Source of the DNA: Gonapodya sp. JEL0774
Lineage: Eukaryota
Assembly: GCA_027604505.1 (NCBI GenBank)
Contig: JADIIX010000084.1
Location: 1-64,000 of the forward strand
DNA: 64,000 nt
Direction: 5' to 3'
The notes under the pieces were generated by a model, which saw only the letters and a list, made by a program, of their open reading frames with translations, made no database searches and was not told the DNA's origin. The position numbers and the translations under genes are program-made. Each line of letters begins with the position of its first letter. Position 1 is the first letter of the stretch. This document shows, piece after piece, positions 1 through 10,673 of the stretch.

Positions 1-918
1 GTTGCACTCGGTGCAGACCACTTAATTTTTGGAATCCAGGGCGGGGAGGGAAACCTTCCTTGCTCTTGCGTCTTTTTTATGACGAACTGCAAATCAATGA
101 AATTGCTGCTTCTTGACTTGAAGTCAGCTGAGAACAATCGTTATCTCACAGATGGACAGCTCGGACTCATCGATCATATCGGGATATTTTGGCACCACCT
201 GGGAAAGCTGTATGTCAAGTTGTGTAGAATACGCTCAGCGGCAGCTATCCTCAAGTTCTTTAACAAATACAACAGCATCTGCCTGGGTCTGTTTGAAGTG
301 CATTTTGTGTACCAAAGTGTGAGAGAGCTGGTGGACAGAGCGAAACACAAAGGGTCAGACGCCGGCACACAGAGAGCGGCTGGATGTTTCCAGAGGGAGA
401 AAGGCAGGCGCCGGCTCAAATAACACAACGCACCCGGCGGCCAAGCTCCAGCGGTGTGATTGAGAGTTTTGCCACAACACGTGTATGGATATTTTCCACA
501 CCGTGCCTTATAAATTTTATTCGTACCACCGCACATACTCCGCTTTTCTTTCTTTTCTTTTTTTCGTTGTTGTCGCTGTTGATGCCGTTCCCAATGTACG
601 AGCATAGAGTCACAATTTTGTCCAAGTCGTGCGTCGCAGCGTCGTGAGGACCAGCGCACATCTCACTCTGGTGCGTCTCCCGTTCCCCCTGTCCCGTTCC
701 ACTGTGCCGGCGCGGGAGGGACCAGAACAGAACAGAAATCGACACACGAATTATTATTCACGACTAGGGCTGCCAGCGTTCCTCACGACGCACACACACG
801 GGTGACGTGAACGTGACCCTCGGATCGGGGGGGGGGGGGGGGGGGGCGGGGGGGGCCCCGAGGTCCCCCCCCACACACCCCACCCCTGCCACCCACCCAC
901 CACAAAACNNNNNNNNNN

Positions 919-1247
919 TCGTACGAGACGTGCTGATCGTAGCGTGGTCGCATAAGATGCACAAGGCCGACAATATTCGTACGAGACGTGCTGATCGTAG
1001 CGTGGTCGCATAAGATGCACAAGGCCGACAATATTCGTACGAGACGTGCTGATCGTAGCGTGGTCGCATAAGATGCACAAGGCCGACAATATTCGTACGA
1101 GACGTGCTGATCGTAGCGTGGTCGCATAAGATGCACAAGGCCGACAATATTCGTACGAGACGTGCTGATCGTAGCGTGGTCGCATAAGATGCACAAGGCC
1201 GACAATATTCGTACGAGACGTGCTGATCGTAGCGTGGTCGCATAAGA
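919..1247. repeat. Perfect 58-bp tandem repeat (5 full copies + 39-bp partial), truncated on the left by an N gap at 909-918
   Basis: Unit TCGTACGAGACGTGCTGATCGTAGCGTGGTCGCATAAGATGCACAAGGCCGACAATAT starts at 919, 977, 1035, 1093, 1151 and 1209. The copies are identical and have no spacers. Confidence 0.97.
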
Positions 1248-2154
1248 GGGCGTAAGACGACACGTGTGGTCGGAGGGGTGCTGTGGGGGGCGGCCGCGGG
1301 CGCCGGGCCGCCCCCCCCGGGCGGCGGGGGGGTCGGCGGCCGGGTAAGAGCTTTGCCCAGAGGGACACCGCGACACACCGCACCCTTGCCGCCCACCGAA
1401 CCAACCACCCACCTCAAGATCTGGAAAAACCGGGGACACGACCGGTGGCCGGCGAGCGACCGGTCACATACGCGGGCGAGCTCCCCACCTCGGGGGTTGC
1501 ACCACACGGATTGGCACGAAACGTCGTCAGCCGGGCAAGAGAGGGGTGCGGGTTTGCGGTGTGTTCTGGGTGCCGACAAAAGCACCCACACACTAGGCAC
1601 TCGTGACTCGACGACACACACGTTTGAAAATCATTCCACTCGGAGAGACGCAGACGCTCACCACCCACCCCTGCAAACTCTGCAACTCCTGTTTTATTTT
1701 TTACAGACGCGGGTACCATCCATTCCCGTTCTTCTCCGTGAAGTGTGCGACAAGGCACGGGGGTGGTCACTGTGTGCATTCATGCACCAGGTGGTGAGAA
1801 TTTTTTTTAAATTTTGTTTTTTGTTTGAGTGCACAACAAAAGCCGTCATTTCTGCGTAAGCAAACCCGCGTGGCATGCAAGCACGAGCCACCACGAGCCA
1901 CCGCGAGCAAATTTCTACGACCCCTATATGAGAATTCCACCGTCCAACGTCCACCGTTTCACCGTTCCACCGTTTCACCGCCCGCAACATCACGCACCCT
2001 CACGCACCGTCGCACCGCACCGGCTGCGCGCCCCAAAGTCACCACCGTCTGTCTACAGAGCGCAACCAACTCAGAGTCCGTTCCGGGCACAACATAATGC
2101 ACAATGGCCGCTCCACCCACCCACCCACCCCACCGGTCCCCCCCCACCACCACT

Positions 2155-3581
2155 CTAGGCCTCGGCCTCCTCCTCCTCCTCCTCGCCCTTCTTCGCCTTC
2201 TTCGACTTTGGCTGCTTGGCCGCCTTGGCCTTTGGCTGTGCCTCTGTCGCCTTGACCTCCTCGGGGTCCTCCTTGGTGGCCCGTGTATAAATCAGCTGAC
2301 TCTTGTGACTGGACACGACCTTGATGTGCCCCTTGAGTTCGAGGTCCTTGATGACCTTGCGGGCGATCGAGCCATTGACCCGCATGCGGTCGACCAGGAC
2401 AGAGGGGGTGATGAGCTTGTAGGTGGGGACTTCCTTGACCAGCTTGTCGTACAGGGCCTTGTCGACCGAGACGGCGTTGTTGGCCTTGTCCTTGACCTTG
2501 CCCTTGGACCACTTCTGTGGACGTGGGGAAAGGGGGAAGGAGAGGGCGAGAGGAAAGAGGAGAGAGGAGAGAGGGGAGAGGAAAGAGGAAGAAAGAGGCG
2601 AGACGAGAGAGGAGAACGAGAATACAATGACCAGAGTCGATTCGAAAATAGGAAATGGATAATCGTGTCGAAGAGTCGAGTCCAAGAGTCCACAAAGTAA
2701 ATTGCACACATGAGGGAGGAGGGGAATGGGGAATCACGAGTGAGTGAAATCCCAACACGGGATGCCGAGTTGGAAACACAGTGCGTATAATCCTGCCCCA
2801 TATGGGTTGTGGGCAACACATTCCATCAATTCTGCCCATATGGGTGTGGGCAACACATTCCATCAATCAATCCTGCCCATATGGTCCACGCCTGAGGCAC
2901 GGCCTCCAGGCGAGCCCGCCCCATTCAATCGCCTCGGGCAGACTCCCTCCCTCCGGTCGAGACAGACGCTCGCGGGTCCTGGGCTCAACGTACCTTTTTC
3001 TTGGCCTTTCCTCCACCTCCACCTGAAGGCTTCTTTGGAGCCGACTTTGAAGCCTTATCGTCCTTTTTGGGGGGCTAGGATGAGGAATGAGTGCGAGGGG
3101 GAGGGGGGGGGTTGGAAGAGGGAGAGAGTGTCAGATGGAGTGAAGGCGAGAGAGCATACGGGGGGGTCATGCAACAACGACCCAAAGAGGGAAAGGGGAG
3201 AGTGTGTGGTCCTTCTTGAGTGGGTGCGGCAAGAACCGGGTGGGGCACCGGGAAGGCCGGGGGTTGGACAAGCAGGACGCGGGTTGGGGGGCGGGAGTGA
3301 TGAAGAAACATGGCTGGTCCACCATGCGATGAGGGATATGCGGCTGCTTGCCGTGTCTGAGTGTGGAAGGCTGTCGGTGTTTGGTGTTTCTGTCGCTGTT
3401 CGCCCTTGTGGTCCGGTTGTGTCGGCACTGTCCCCACTGGTCGGCTGCATGCACATCCATCACATCCATCGACCGCCTGCACTCGTCTCCCATCCCCATG
3501 AGCGCAGTATCTGCACCACTCTGCTCTGTCTGTGTGTCCGCGTCCACGCTCCACGTTGCCTCCCTCACCCCCACTCACCAT
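2155..3581 (-). CDS. RPS25: 40S ribosomal protein S25 (eS25), 3 exons
   Basis: Exon 1 is ATG only (3581-3579, followed by GTGAG). Exon 3074-2994 reads [27 protein letters not shown]. Exon 2514-2155 reads [15 protein letters not shown]...[35 protein letters not shown]...SQLIYTRAT, the diagnostic eS25 sequence. Confidence 0.97.
2789..2885. repeat. ~38-40-bp imperfect tandem repeat (about 2.4 copies) with an internal hairpin, in RPS25 intron 2
   Basis: CTGCCCATATGGGTGTGGGCAACACATTCCATCAAT recurs. Each full unit contains the TGCCCA...TGGGCA inverted pair and the palindrome CCCATATGGG. Confidence 0.8.
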
Positions 3582-4048
3582 TGCGTGTCACTGTCCAGGT
3601 CCGTGTCCAAGTCAACACCCCACCTACTCTGTGGCAAAGACATATGGCCGCAGTAAGCACATTTGTTTATTCCATATTTATGTATTGATTTATTCTTTCT
3701 TATTTATTATCCAACTATTCCTGTTTTTATTTCTTGTTATTTCCTCGGTATTCTGTCATTCAAATGTGGAGTGGATATCATTCAGTGTTTTGTTGACGAT
3801 GGAAACTATGAACGCCCACCCCTCAACCCAAACCCACCTCCCACCAAAACGACAGTCTTCCCCTCCCGGCTTTTCAAATTCATGTACAGTACAATATACA
3901 GTACACAAAACTCCGAATACTTAATTGGTATACTCCATATTAATACATTGAGTCCTTATCAGAGACGTGGGGCCGGCGCGCAAGGGACAAAAGTCCGAAC
4001 CGTCGTGGATCTCGTCGATCTGACGCCCCCCCCCTCTCACTCTCACTC

Positions 4049-7000
4049 TCATTCGCCTCCTTCGACCTATGTGTGACCAAAGTGTGTGCGAGAGTAAGAG
4101 AGAAACAGATGGATGAGAGAACGGGTTAACGGGAGAGACGCATCACAGAGACTCGGGGTCAGTAACACAACAGGAACCACACCACTCCACTCCTACTCCC
4201 ACACCACCACACCCAGCCACACCACGTTCCCCCCCCCCCCCCCCCCCCCCAAAAAAAGGACCAAAACCCACCCCCAAAAAACCCCCCCCCCCACCCACCC
4301 CACACAAACCCCCCCCCCCCCCCACCCCCACCCCGTTCCCCCCCCCCCCCCCCCCCAAAAAAAAAGGACAAACAACACGCACCAAATACCCCACCGCGAA
4401 CTTCTCCCTATCCATCACCACCACCCCCTTCCCATCCGGCGTCCACTTCACCCCGACCACCGCAAACCCCACCGCCGGCACTTCCACCGCCTCCACTTCC
4501 ACGCCCACTCCCTCCTCCTTCTCTGCGGGCTCGGGCACCCGTGCAACGTACACGTACCCGTTCCCACAGCACCACGTCAACAGGTTGGTGTGGACCGGGT
4601 TGAAGTGGACCGACGAGGCCCGCACGGGGGTCGTGTGGTGGATCACGGCCAGGTGCGAGAGCGTGCGGAGCGACCAGAGGTAGAGGGTGTGGGGGGAGGA
4701 GTCTGGTGTGGGGTAGGTTGGTGATTGGGTTGGGTTAGGTTGGGTTAGGTTGGGTTGGGTTGGTGATTGGGTTCGGTTGGCAGTTGGGTCGGTTTGGGTT
4801 GGGGTGCGTTAGTAATTGGGTTGGGTTTGGGTTGGGTTAGTAATTGGGTTGGGTTGGTAGTTGGGTTGGCAGTTGGGTCGGTTTGGGTTGGGGTGGGTTG
4901 GTAATTGGGTTGGGTTAGGTTGCGTTGCGTTGGTATTTGAGTCAATGGTAGAGTCATGGTGGTCGTTCCTCCCACCCGCTTTCCCCCGCACTCCGCAACC
5001 CACCGTGCCTCGTCACCAACCACCTCCCGTCCCCACTCCACTGACACACCCCGACGCCCGTCTTGGGATTTGGCTTGTCTGACTCAGCGCGAAGGCGGGG
5101 GACGGTGTAGGGGGGGCGGACCAGGTGGACTTCGATGGGGGTTGGAGATGGGGGGGCGGTGGCCCAGTGAGCTGGGAGCTGCGTGGACGGGACACCACGG
5201 CACGGACCAGCAGACGGACACGAGACTCACACCGCAACTTTGGCCTCCCCTGCAACAAATCATTATACCCCGCGTTCGCACCGCCACCCGCACCCGCACC
5301 GCCGCCCGCGCCCGTCCCAGTGCCCCCTGCGCTCAACCGTGCCGCCGCGTCCGAGCGGCCGGCCGACGCCGGAGTGTCGCGGAGGTCGACTTCTTTGAAG
5401 ACGGGCTCCAAGGGGCCGGTGGTGGTGCGCGGTGGCGAGAAAGCGGTGGACAGACGACGAAATGTGCCACAGAAGAGGAAGAAAACACCACGTAGGTCCG
5501 TGAGCGGAACCAAACGAAAAAAAAAAAAACTCAACAACAACAATAAACAAAAGTCCAAAGGAAACCCCACCCCCGCGACACACTCACCACCCCTACATCC
5601 TCCACCACGCCGTTCCCCCCTGGGCCCTGCCCGAGCACCACACACACACCCCACGTGTAACTGTTCACGATGCGAACGTTGCCGTCGTACCCCGCCACGG
5701 CCAGAAACTGGCCCGTGGGGTGCCACGCCACGGTGTGCACGCCCAGGGTGTACGAGGTGCTCGGGGGGGGGACACGGGTCAGTAGGCGGCCGTCGGGGTG
5801 GTAGATGAGGAGGGTGTACTGCGGGGTAAAGGGGGGGGGGTAAGATGGGCGGTGTGCGGAGGGGGAGAGACACACAGACACGACACGAGGCGGGGTACTC
5901 ACAGTGAGCGGCGAGTCCCACACCGCGACGAACCGGCCGTCAGGGGACCACGCCAGGTCTTCCAAATCTGTCGTGTCCGCTGGCCAGTTCTGTAAAACCC
6001 GGTGTACCGATACAGGCGATACAGTGGGCGTGGTACGAGTGGGGGGTGTGCGGGAGGGGTTGGGAGCATGAGAGTGGTCACGAACGGTGGGCCCTGTTAC
6101 ACCCGAGTTCCCTCGTATGGAAAGACCAACCCCGCGAGCCCCCCAACCCCACTCCACCGTCCTGCAAACCACACACCTTCAACAACGCCCAGTCCTCTGC
6201 GTCGTATATGCTCACGTGGTCTCGGCCATCCCTCCGTTCGGCGAGCGCCAAGTACCGCCCATCAGCGCGGAACGAGAAGCCTAGGTGATAAAAAGTATAC
6301 GGTGGTTGCCGCGTTGCGATACTTGAGTCGTGTGCCCAACGGGTGCGGGAGACACAAAACAGCCGTTCGACCAACCTCGGTCGGTGTACTTCGGGTATTG
6401 GATGTGCACAGAGGTGCTGTCGATGAGAGACCAGATGGTGACACGGAGCTGGGGGGTGGCCAAAAGGGGGTGAGAGATAGGTCAGAGAGTACAGGTGAGA
6501 GCGAGACAACGACAAGGCGAGGTTTCCCGACCGCATTGCAACCGGAATCAGTTGAGGGGGTGTCGACTATGAGTGCCGAGACCAGAGCGGACATAAGGCA
6601 AAAGATATCTATATCTTTGAACTCGTCCTGTACTGTTGGTCTGCCCTACGCATCAATCTGAACCGGGATAGTGAGGGGGCAGATACTCGACTCCCATCCA
6701 CCATCCTCCGTGCGACAAGTTCCATACGGAAATCCTGGCCACGTGTACGGCGCCCTCTTACGCACTCTCACGCCCACGCACCTGGAACTCCGAAAAGCAC
6801 ATGATCGCCCTCCCGTTGGGAGTCCACCTGACCTTCTCCAACCCCTCTGCCCCAGCCTCGATTTTGGCCGTCCACTCCGCATCCTCCACGCACCACACCT
6901 GGACCAGTCCCAGTTTATAGCTCGCCACGGCTATATATTTCGAGTCTGGTGACCACACTACGTCCTGCACGGCGTCTGAGCAGGAAAAGAGGTGTCGGAT

Positions 7001-7430
7001 CTGAAGGGTCGAGGCGTCCCGCAGGACCAGGCGGTGGGAGACGGCGACGGCGAGGAGGTCGGAGGAGGGGGATGGGTGGACGAGCTGGGAGGATTGTTTG
7101 TAGACCTGAAAGTGGTTTTTGATGGGGGGTTCGGTTGTGGTGTGAGATGGGGGGTGCGTCGAATGAAGAGAGGTTTTTGGGTCCATGTCCACCTCCGGTC
7201 ACATCACGCAACTACCTCCACTTTATCAGACGAAAGTCTGGCTCATTTCCACTGTCTAGCTGCCATCAAGGGCTTCACAAAACTGGTTCCGCTTCTCTGA
7301 TACATTGTTGAACCCATCCCACCTTTGACTACGAAGAACGAAAGGAGCGCCAAGAGTCTCTCGACAAAGAAATCAAAACGATCGCACAAAAAAATCGTCG
7401 TGGTTCGAGTCTCACCTCTGTAAAGTCCAT
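4049..7430 (-). CDS. WRAP73: WD40 protein WRAP73/WDR8 (centriolar/spindle-pole)
   Basis: Spliced peptides: MDFTE|VYKQSSQLVHPSP..HRLVLRDASTLQIRHLFSCSDAVQDVVWSPDSKYIAVASYKLGLVQVW..KIEAGAEGL..; LRVTIWSL; DGRYLALAERRDGRDHVSIY; DLEDLAWSPDGRFVAVWDSPL; LGVHTVAWHPTGQFLAVAGYDGNVRIVN. These are colinear with the recalled WRAP73 sequence. The last exon (VEGGE*) is inferred. Confidence 0.9.
4715..4935 (+). repeat. Degenerate (GGGTT/AGGTT)n G-rich pentamer array inside a WRAP73 intron
   Basis: TTGGGTTGGGTTAGGTTGGGTTAGGTTGGGTTGGG... runs for about 220 bp within the intron at ~4703-5002. Confidence 0.9.
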
Positions 7431-7966
7431 GTTGGTCTCAAATCAAGAGCAGGATGGATCCAACTGCTGGTCTGCCCAGAAGGACGCACGAGGGAAGGCC
7501 GGCGTCGCTAAGGGAGGCGGAAAACGACTGCGATGTAAGACGACTCGTATTCTGGGCAGGAAGGGATAGAGCTTTTCGACGCTGTGTAGTATGTATTGTG
7601 GTGAGGTGACATGGCCGCTTGTGTTGTTAGGTTTGTTGAATGGACACCAATGCCGCGCCGGGCAAGGGAATATCAAGTGGCATGCAATGCCAGTCCAAAC
7701 AGTATGCAAAGTGGGCGAACTGTGTCTTGAAACCGACATTCCGCAAAAGTTTCGTAGAGGGACTTAATAGATATGGAAGCACGCAATAGTAGAGCACAAA
7801 TGAAACCCATAAACTTGCGAAGCTATCTCACCACAGTTGACACCAGTGTTCAAAATAGTGGATCGCGGGGGTGGACCGAACACACGCTAGTGGTCAGCTG
7901 AAGCCAGTCCCATTCAATTCCGACACGAAGACAACATTTACATCCCCAAAACCGAATTCGATCACG

Positions 7967-10287
7967 ATGGCGAATTCGCCACAAATCCATTCCGCGCCAG
8001 ATCATCCGCCATCTTCATCTAACGGAACACTCACGGATTCGGCTGCTGTGGGGGACAGCAACAGTTTCGGTCGTGGATTGGACGGGAACCGCGATTCCGT
8101 CGCCGACGAGTCCTCGTTACCAATCGAACGACAAATGGAGCTGCATCCCCGTGTCGCACTGGTCGCCCGCATCATCGCGGTCCCGATGGCCGCGACTTCC
8201 CGACTGTACTCTGCCTACGAGAAGGTCATTTTAGAGAACGCTCAGCAGGTTGTCGCGGGCGAGGCTTTGGCGAGAAATGCAACGTATTTACTTCCCTCAT
8301 TCCATAACTACCTTGAGACGAGGGGTTTTGCTGGTGAGTTGGTCTCTGTACATCGTCACCTGTTTCCCCCCGCTGGCCGGAAAATTTGTCCTGATCAAAT
8401 TGAGCCATCTGCTCGAGTATCCATTTTGTGTAAACTGAACGCTTTAAGACAAGATTATGCTGGATGGGATGGCCGCGTACTTGAACACTTCACTTTGACG
8501 CGGTGATGGAAATGTAGATGCCACTGTTAACCTTGCCCTTCCTCGTGCCCCCCATCCGGTCCGTATCGTTTGTCCACGCCATCAGGATACATTCCGGACG
8601 CAGAGTTCACCATGGAGGCTTGTGAGTGCACGTGAATGATTACTTCACCCTGTGAGTCGTCTTTCTAAACTCTACGGTCCCCGGTGTATCTTCCAGTTCT
8701 TTCCACTGTAAACCTCCATTCCACACTCTCCGATGCAATACTTGCTCGCCACCATCCCGTCAATCCGTCCGTTCCTCTCGCAGCTTCACTCCACAACCGT
8801 TATATGCGCGCGATGTATGCCACTGCAGAGTTCAAGGCACCAAAACTCGAGGATGCGCTGGAGCTACCCGAGTTACCGAGGTGGATTGCCTCTTCCGCTG
8901 TAGCGCCTGGTTTCTCTTCTCGTCTGTCCCTGTCTTCCGGTGAACCCACATCTAAGCCCACGGACAAAATCCCTTCCACCCCTATCTCATCCACCCTCAC
9001 GACTTCGTACACTCACCTCGCCATCTCATGGCGCCGCATCCTTGCCGCTCTCTCCTCCCAACTCCCCCGCGTCCCCAGCTCTCTCCTCCATCTCCATCAA
9101 GTTGCTTCGTATCTGCTCGCATGCCTGTCCCACACGCAAATCCTACTCGAGCTCATTGCGCTCCGAACGAAAGGTGACAAGGCGCGATGGCGCACGGTGA
9201 CTGCTGTTGAGGCCGCGAAAGCCTTCTGCAGATTGTATATTTTGTGCGCAACTGGAGGGAGAATGGTACTGGATCCCCCGGTCCCTGAACGCGATTTCGA
9301 TGCATCAGTGCCCGCTGCAGGCGCTGGAGAGGTGTCATTTTCTTCTCGGGCACCTCCAGCCTCCCTCTCCGCCCAACTTCCTATCCCCAGCCTGCCATCT
9401 GTGCTATCCACCCCGATTTCTCAATCCCCGACCACGCCTCCTTCCCCTTTCGGACCTCCGCAACTCCCGCCACCACAAACACCCGCAGACGCGTACTTAG
9501 CCAAAGTAGCATTGACAGATGCGGGGTGCATCAAGCCCCGCGATATGGTCGGCCGTGTGAGAGTTGGAGGTGTTAGGTGGTGGGGCGAAGTGGGATACTC
9601 GGTGAGGGGTCTGCTTTATGGTAAGTAGGCTATTTCATTATTGCCAAGTTCCGGTGTCGACTCTCTTTTGCTCCCACTCCGTCCACAGTGATTCTTCTCC
9701 GCCGATATCCTACTCGCCCCCTTCTTGCCACCCTAACTTCGCTGGTACTTCTCGTCTTCTCATCGTTTGCATCGCGGAGACACTTGCTGCTTCACGAACG
9801 GCCCTACGATTCGCCTCGACTCACTGTCGATGCACCTTCGCCGGACAACGCAAAGGATCAAGAGGCACAGGGAGCGGAAGTTAGAGGCCGGAAAATGACG
9901 GCCTTGGAAAGGAGAGAATACGAGCGGAGGGTCTTGCTGTTGGGGTATGTGCTGGTACATAGGGGGGTATGGGAGGGTTGGACAAGGTGGGTTTCAACGT
10001 TTTGTGTCGTATCGCCTTCACGTAGACGAGTGCAGTGACCCACCTTTTGCGTTCTTCAACTGAATCACCAAGACCAAAGCTGCACTCATTTGTTGCCTGG
10101 TCTTCCACAAAACCCATCATCAACCTGATCGGGAACGTCGTCAAGGACTACACGTACGTAGAGTACAGCCAGGGCATGGCTGTTCGTCCTTTCGAATACC
10201 ATGTGGAATCGATAGCTAACGAAAGATGGTTTGACTGAATATAGAACTGCTTGGGACACGGTTCACTTCCACACCGTTGGAAGTTAA
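7967..10287 (+). CDS. PEX16: Peroxisomal membrane biogenesis protein Pex16
   Basis: YSAYEKVILENAQQVVAGEALARNATYLLP; LHNRYMR; ILLELIALRTKGDKARWRTVTAVEAAKAFCRLYIL..GGRMVLDPPVPERDFD; MTALERREYERRVLLLGYVLVHRGVWEGWTRPKL..KPIINLIGNVVKDY. These are Pex16-type motifs in the expected order. Confidence 0.88.
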
Positions 10288-10673
10288 GCACTATTTCTCC
10301 TGCCGAACGGACGGTGGAGGGGATTGCGTGAGAAACACGGTCGTGTAAGAGTTTTATTGCGAAATACGTGGCTCAATTTGAGAGCAGATGCTTACAGTGG
10401 GGATGGGGCAGGGCACGAGCGGCCGTTTTGGAAAGTGCAGATGAGCTCTGAAGGGACTCAATTGATAGTGGGATCCCTTTTATCATGTAGACTGAGCATG
10501 ATATCAAGCAACAGTAATGCTGGCAGGAATTTTTTGACGACCATTTGCGATCCGCTTTAATTCTTTCTCAGAGCCGAAAGCAGTTCAATGTTGTATGTAT
10601 TCGTGACAGATGCAGCAAAACTAACAGTTCCTACTGGTTCGGGAGCTCGGAGCACCTCCAGTCGCGTACTAGC

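Noticed and set aside
79..423. 114-aa ORF at the window start
   Set aside because: No recognisable motif. It may be a gene or transposon remnant but cannot be supported.
919..1247. CRISPR array
   Set aside because: Units are contiguous and identical with no variable spacers, there are no cas genes, and the context is eukaryotic.
754..1621. Long minus-strand ORFs in all three frames
   Set aside because: They arise from the stop-free 58-bp repeat and GC homopolymers, cross an N gap and show no protein signal.
1925..1985. Short 9-bp CCACCGTTT-like repeats
   Set aside because: Few degenerate copies; ordinary low-complexity sequence.
3297..3360. Box C/D snoRNA-like motifs (GTGATGA...CTGA) in RPS25 intron 1
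   Set aside because: They are antisense to the host transcript, with no terminal stem and no rRNA guide I could recognise.
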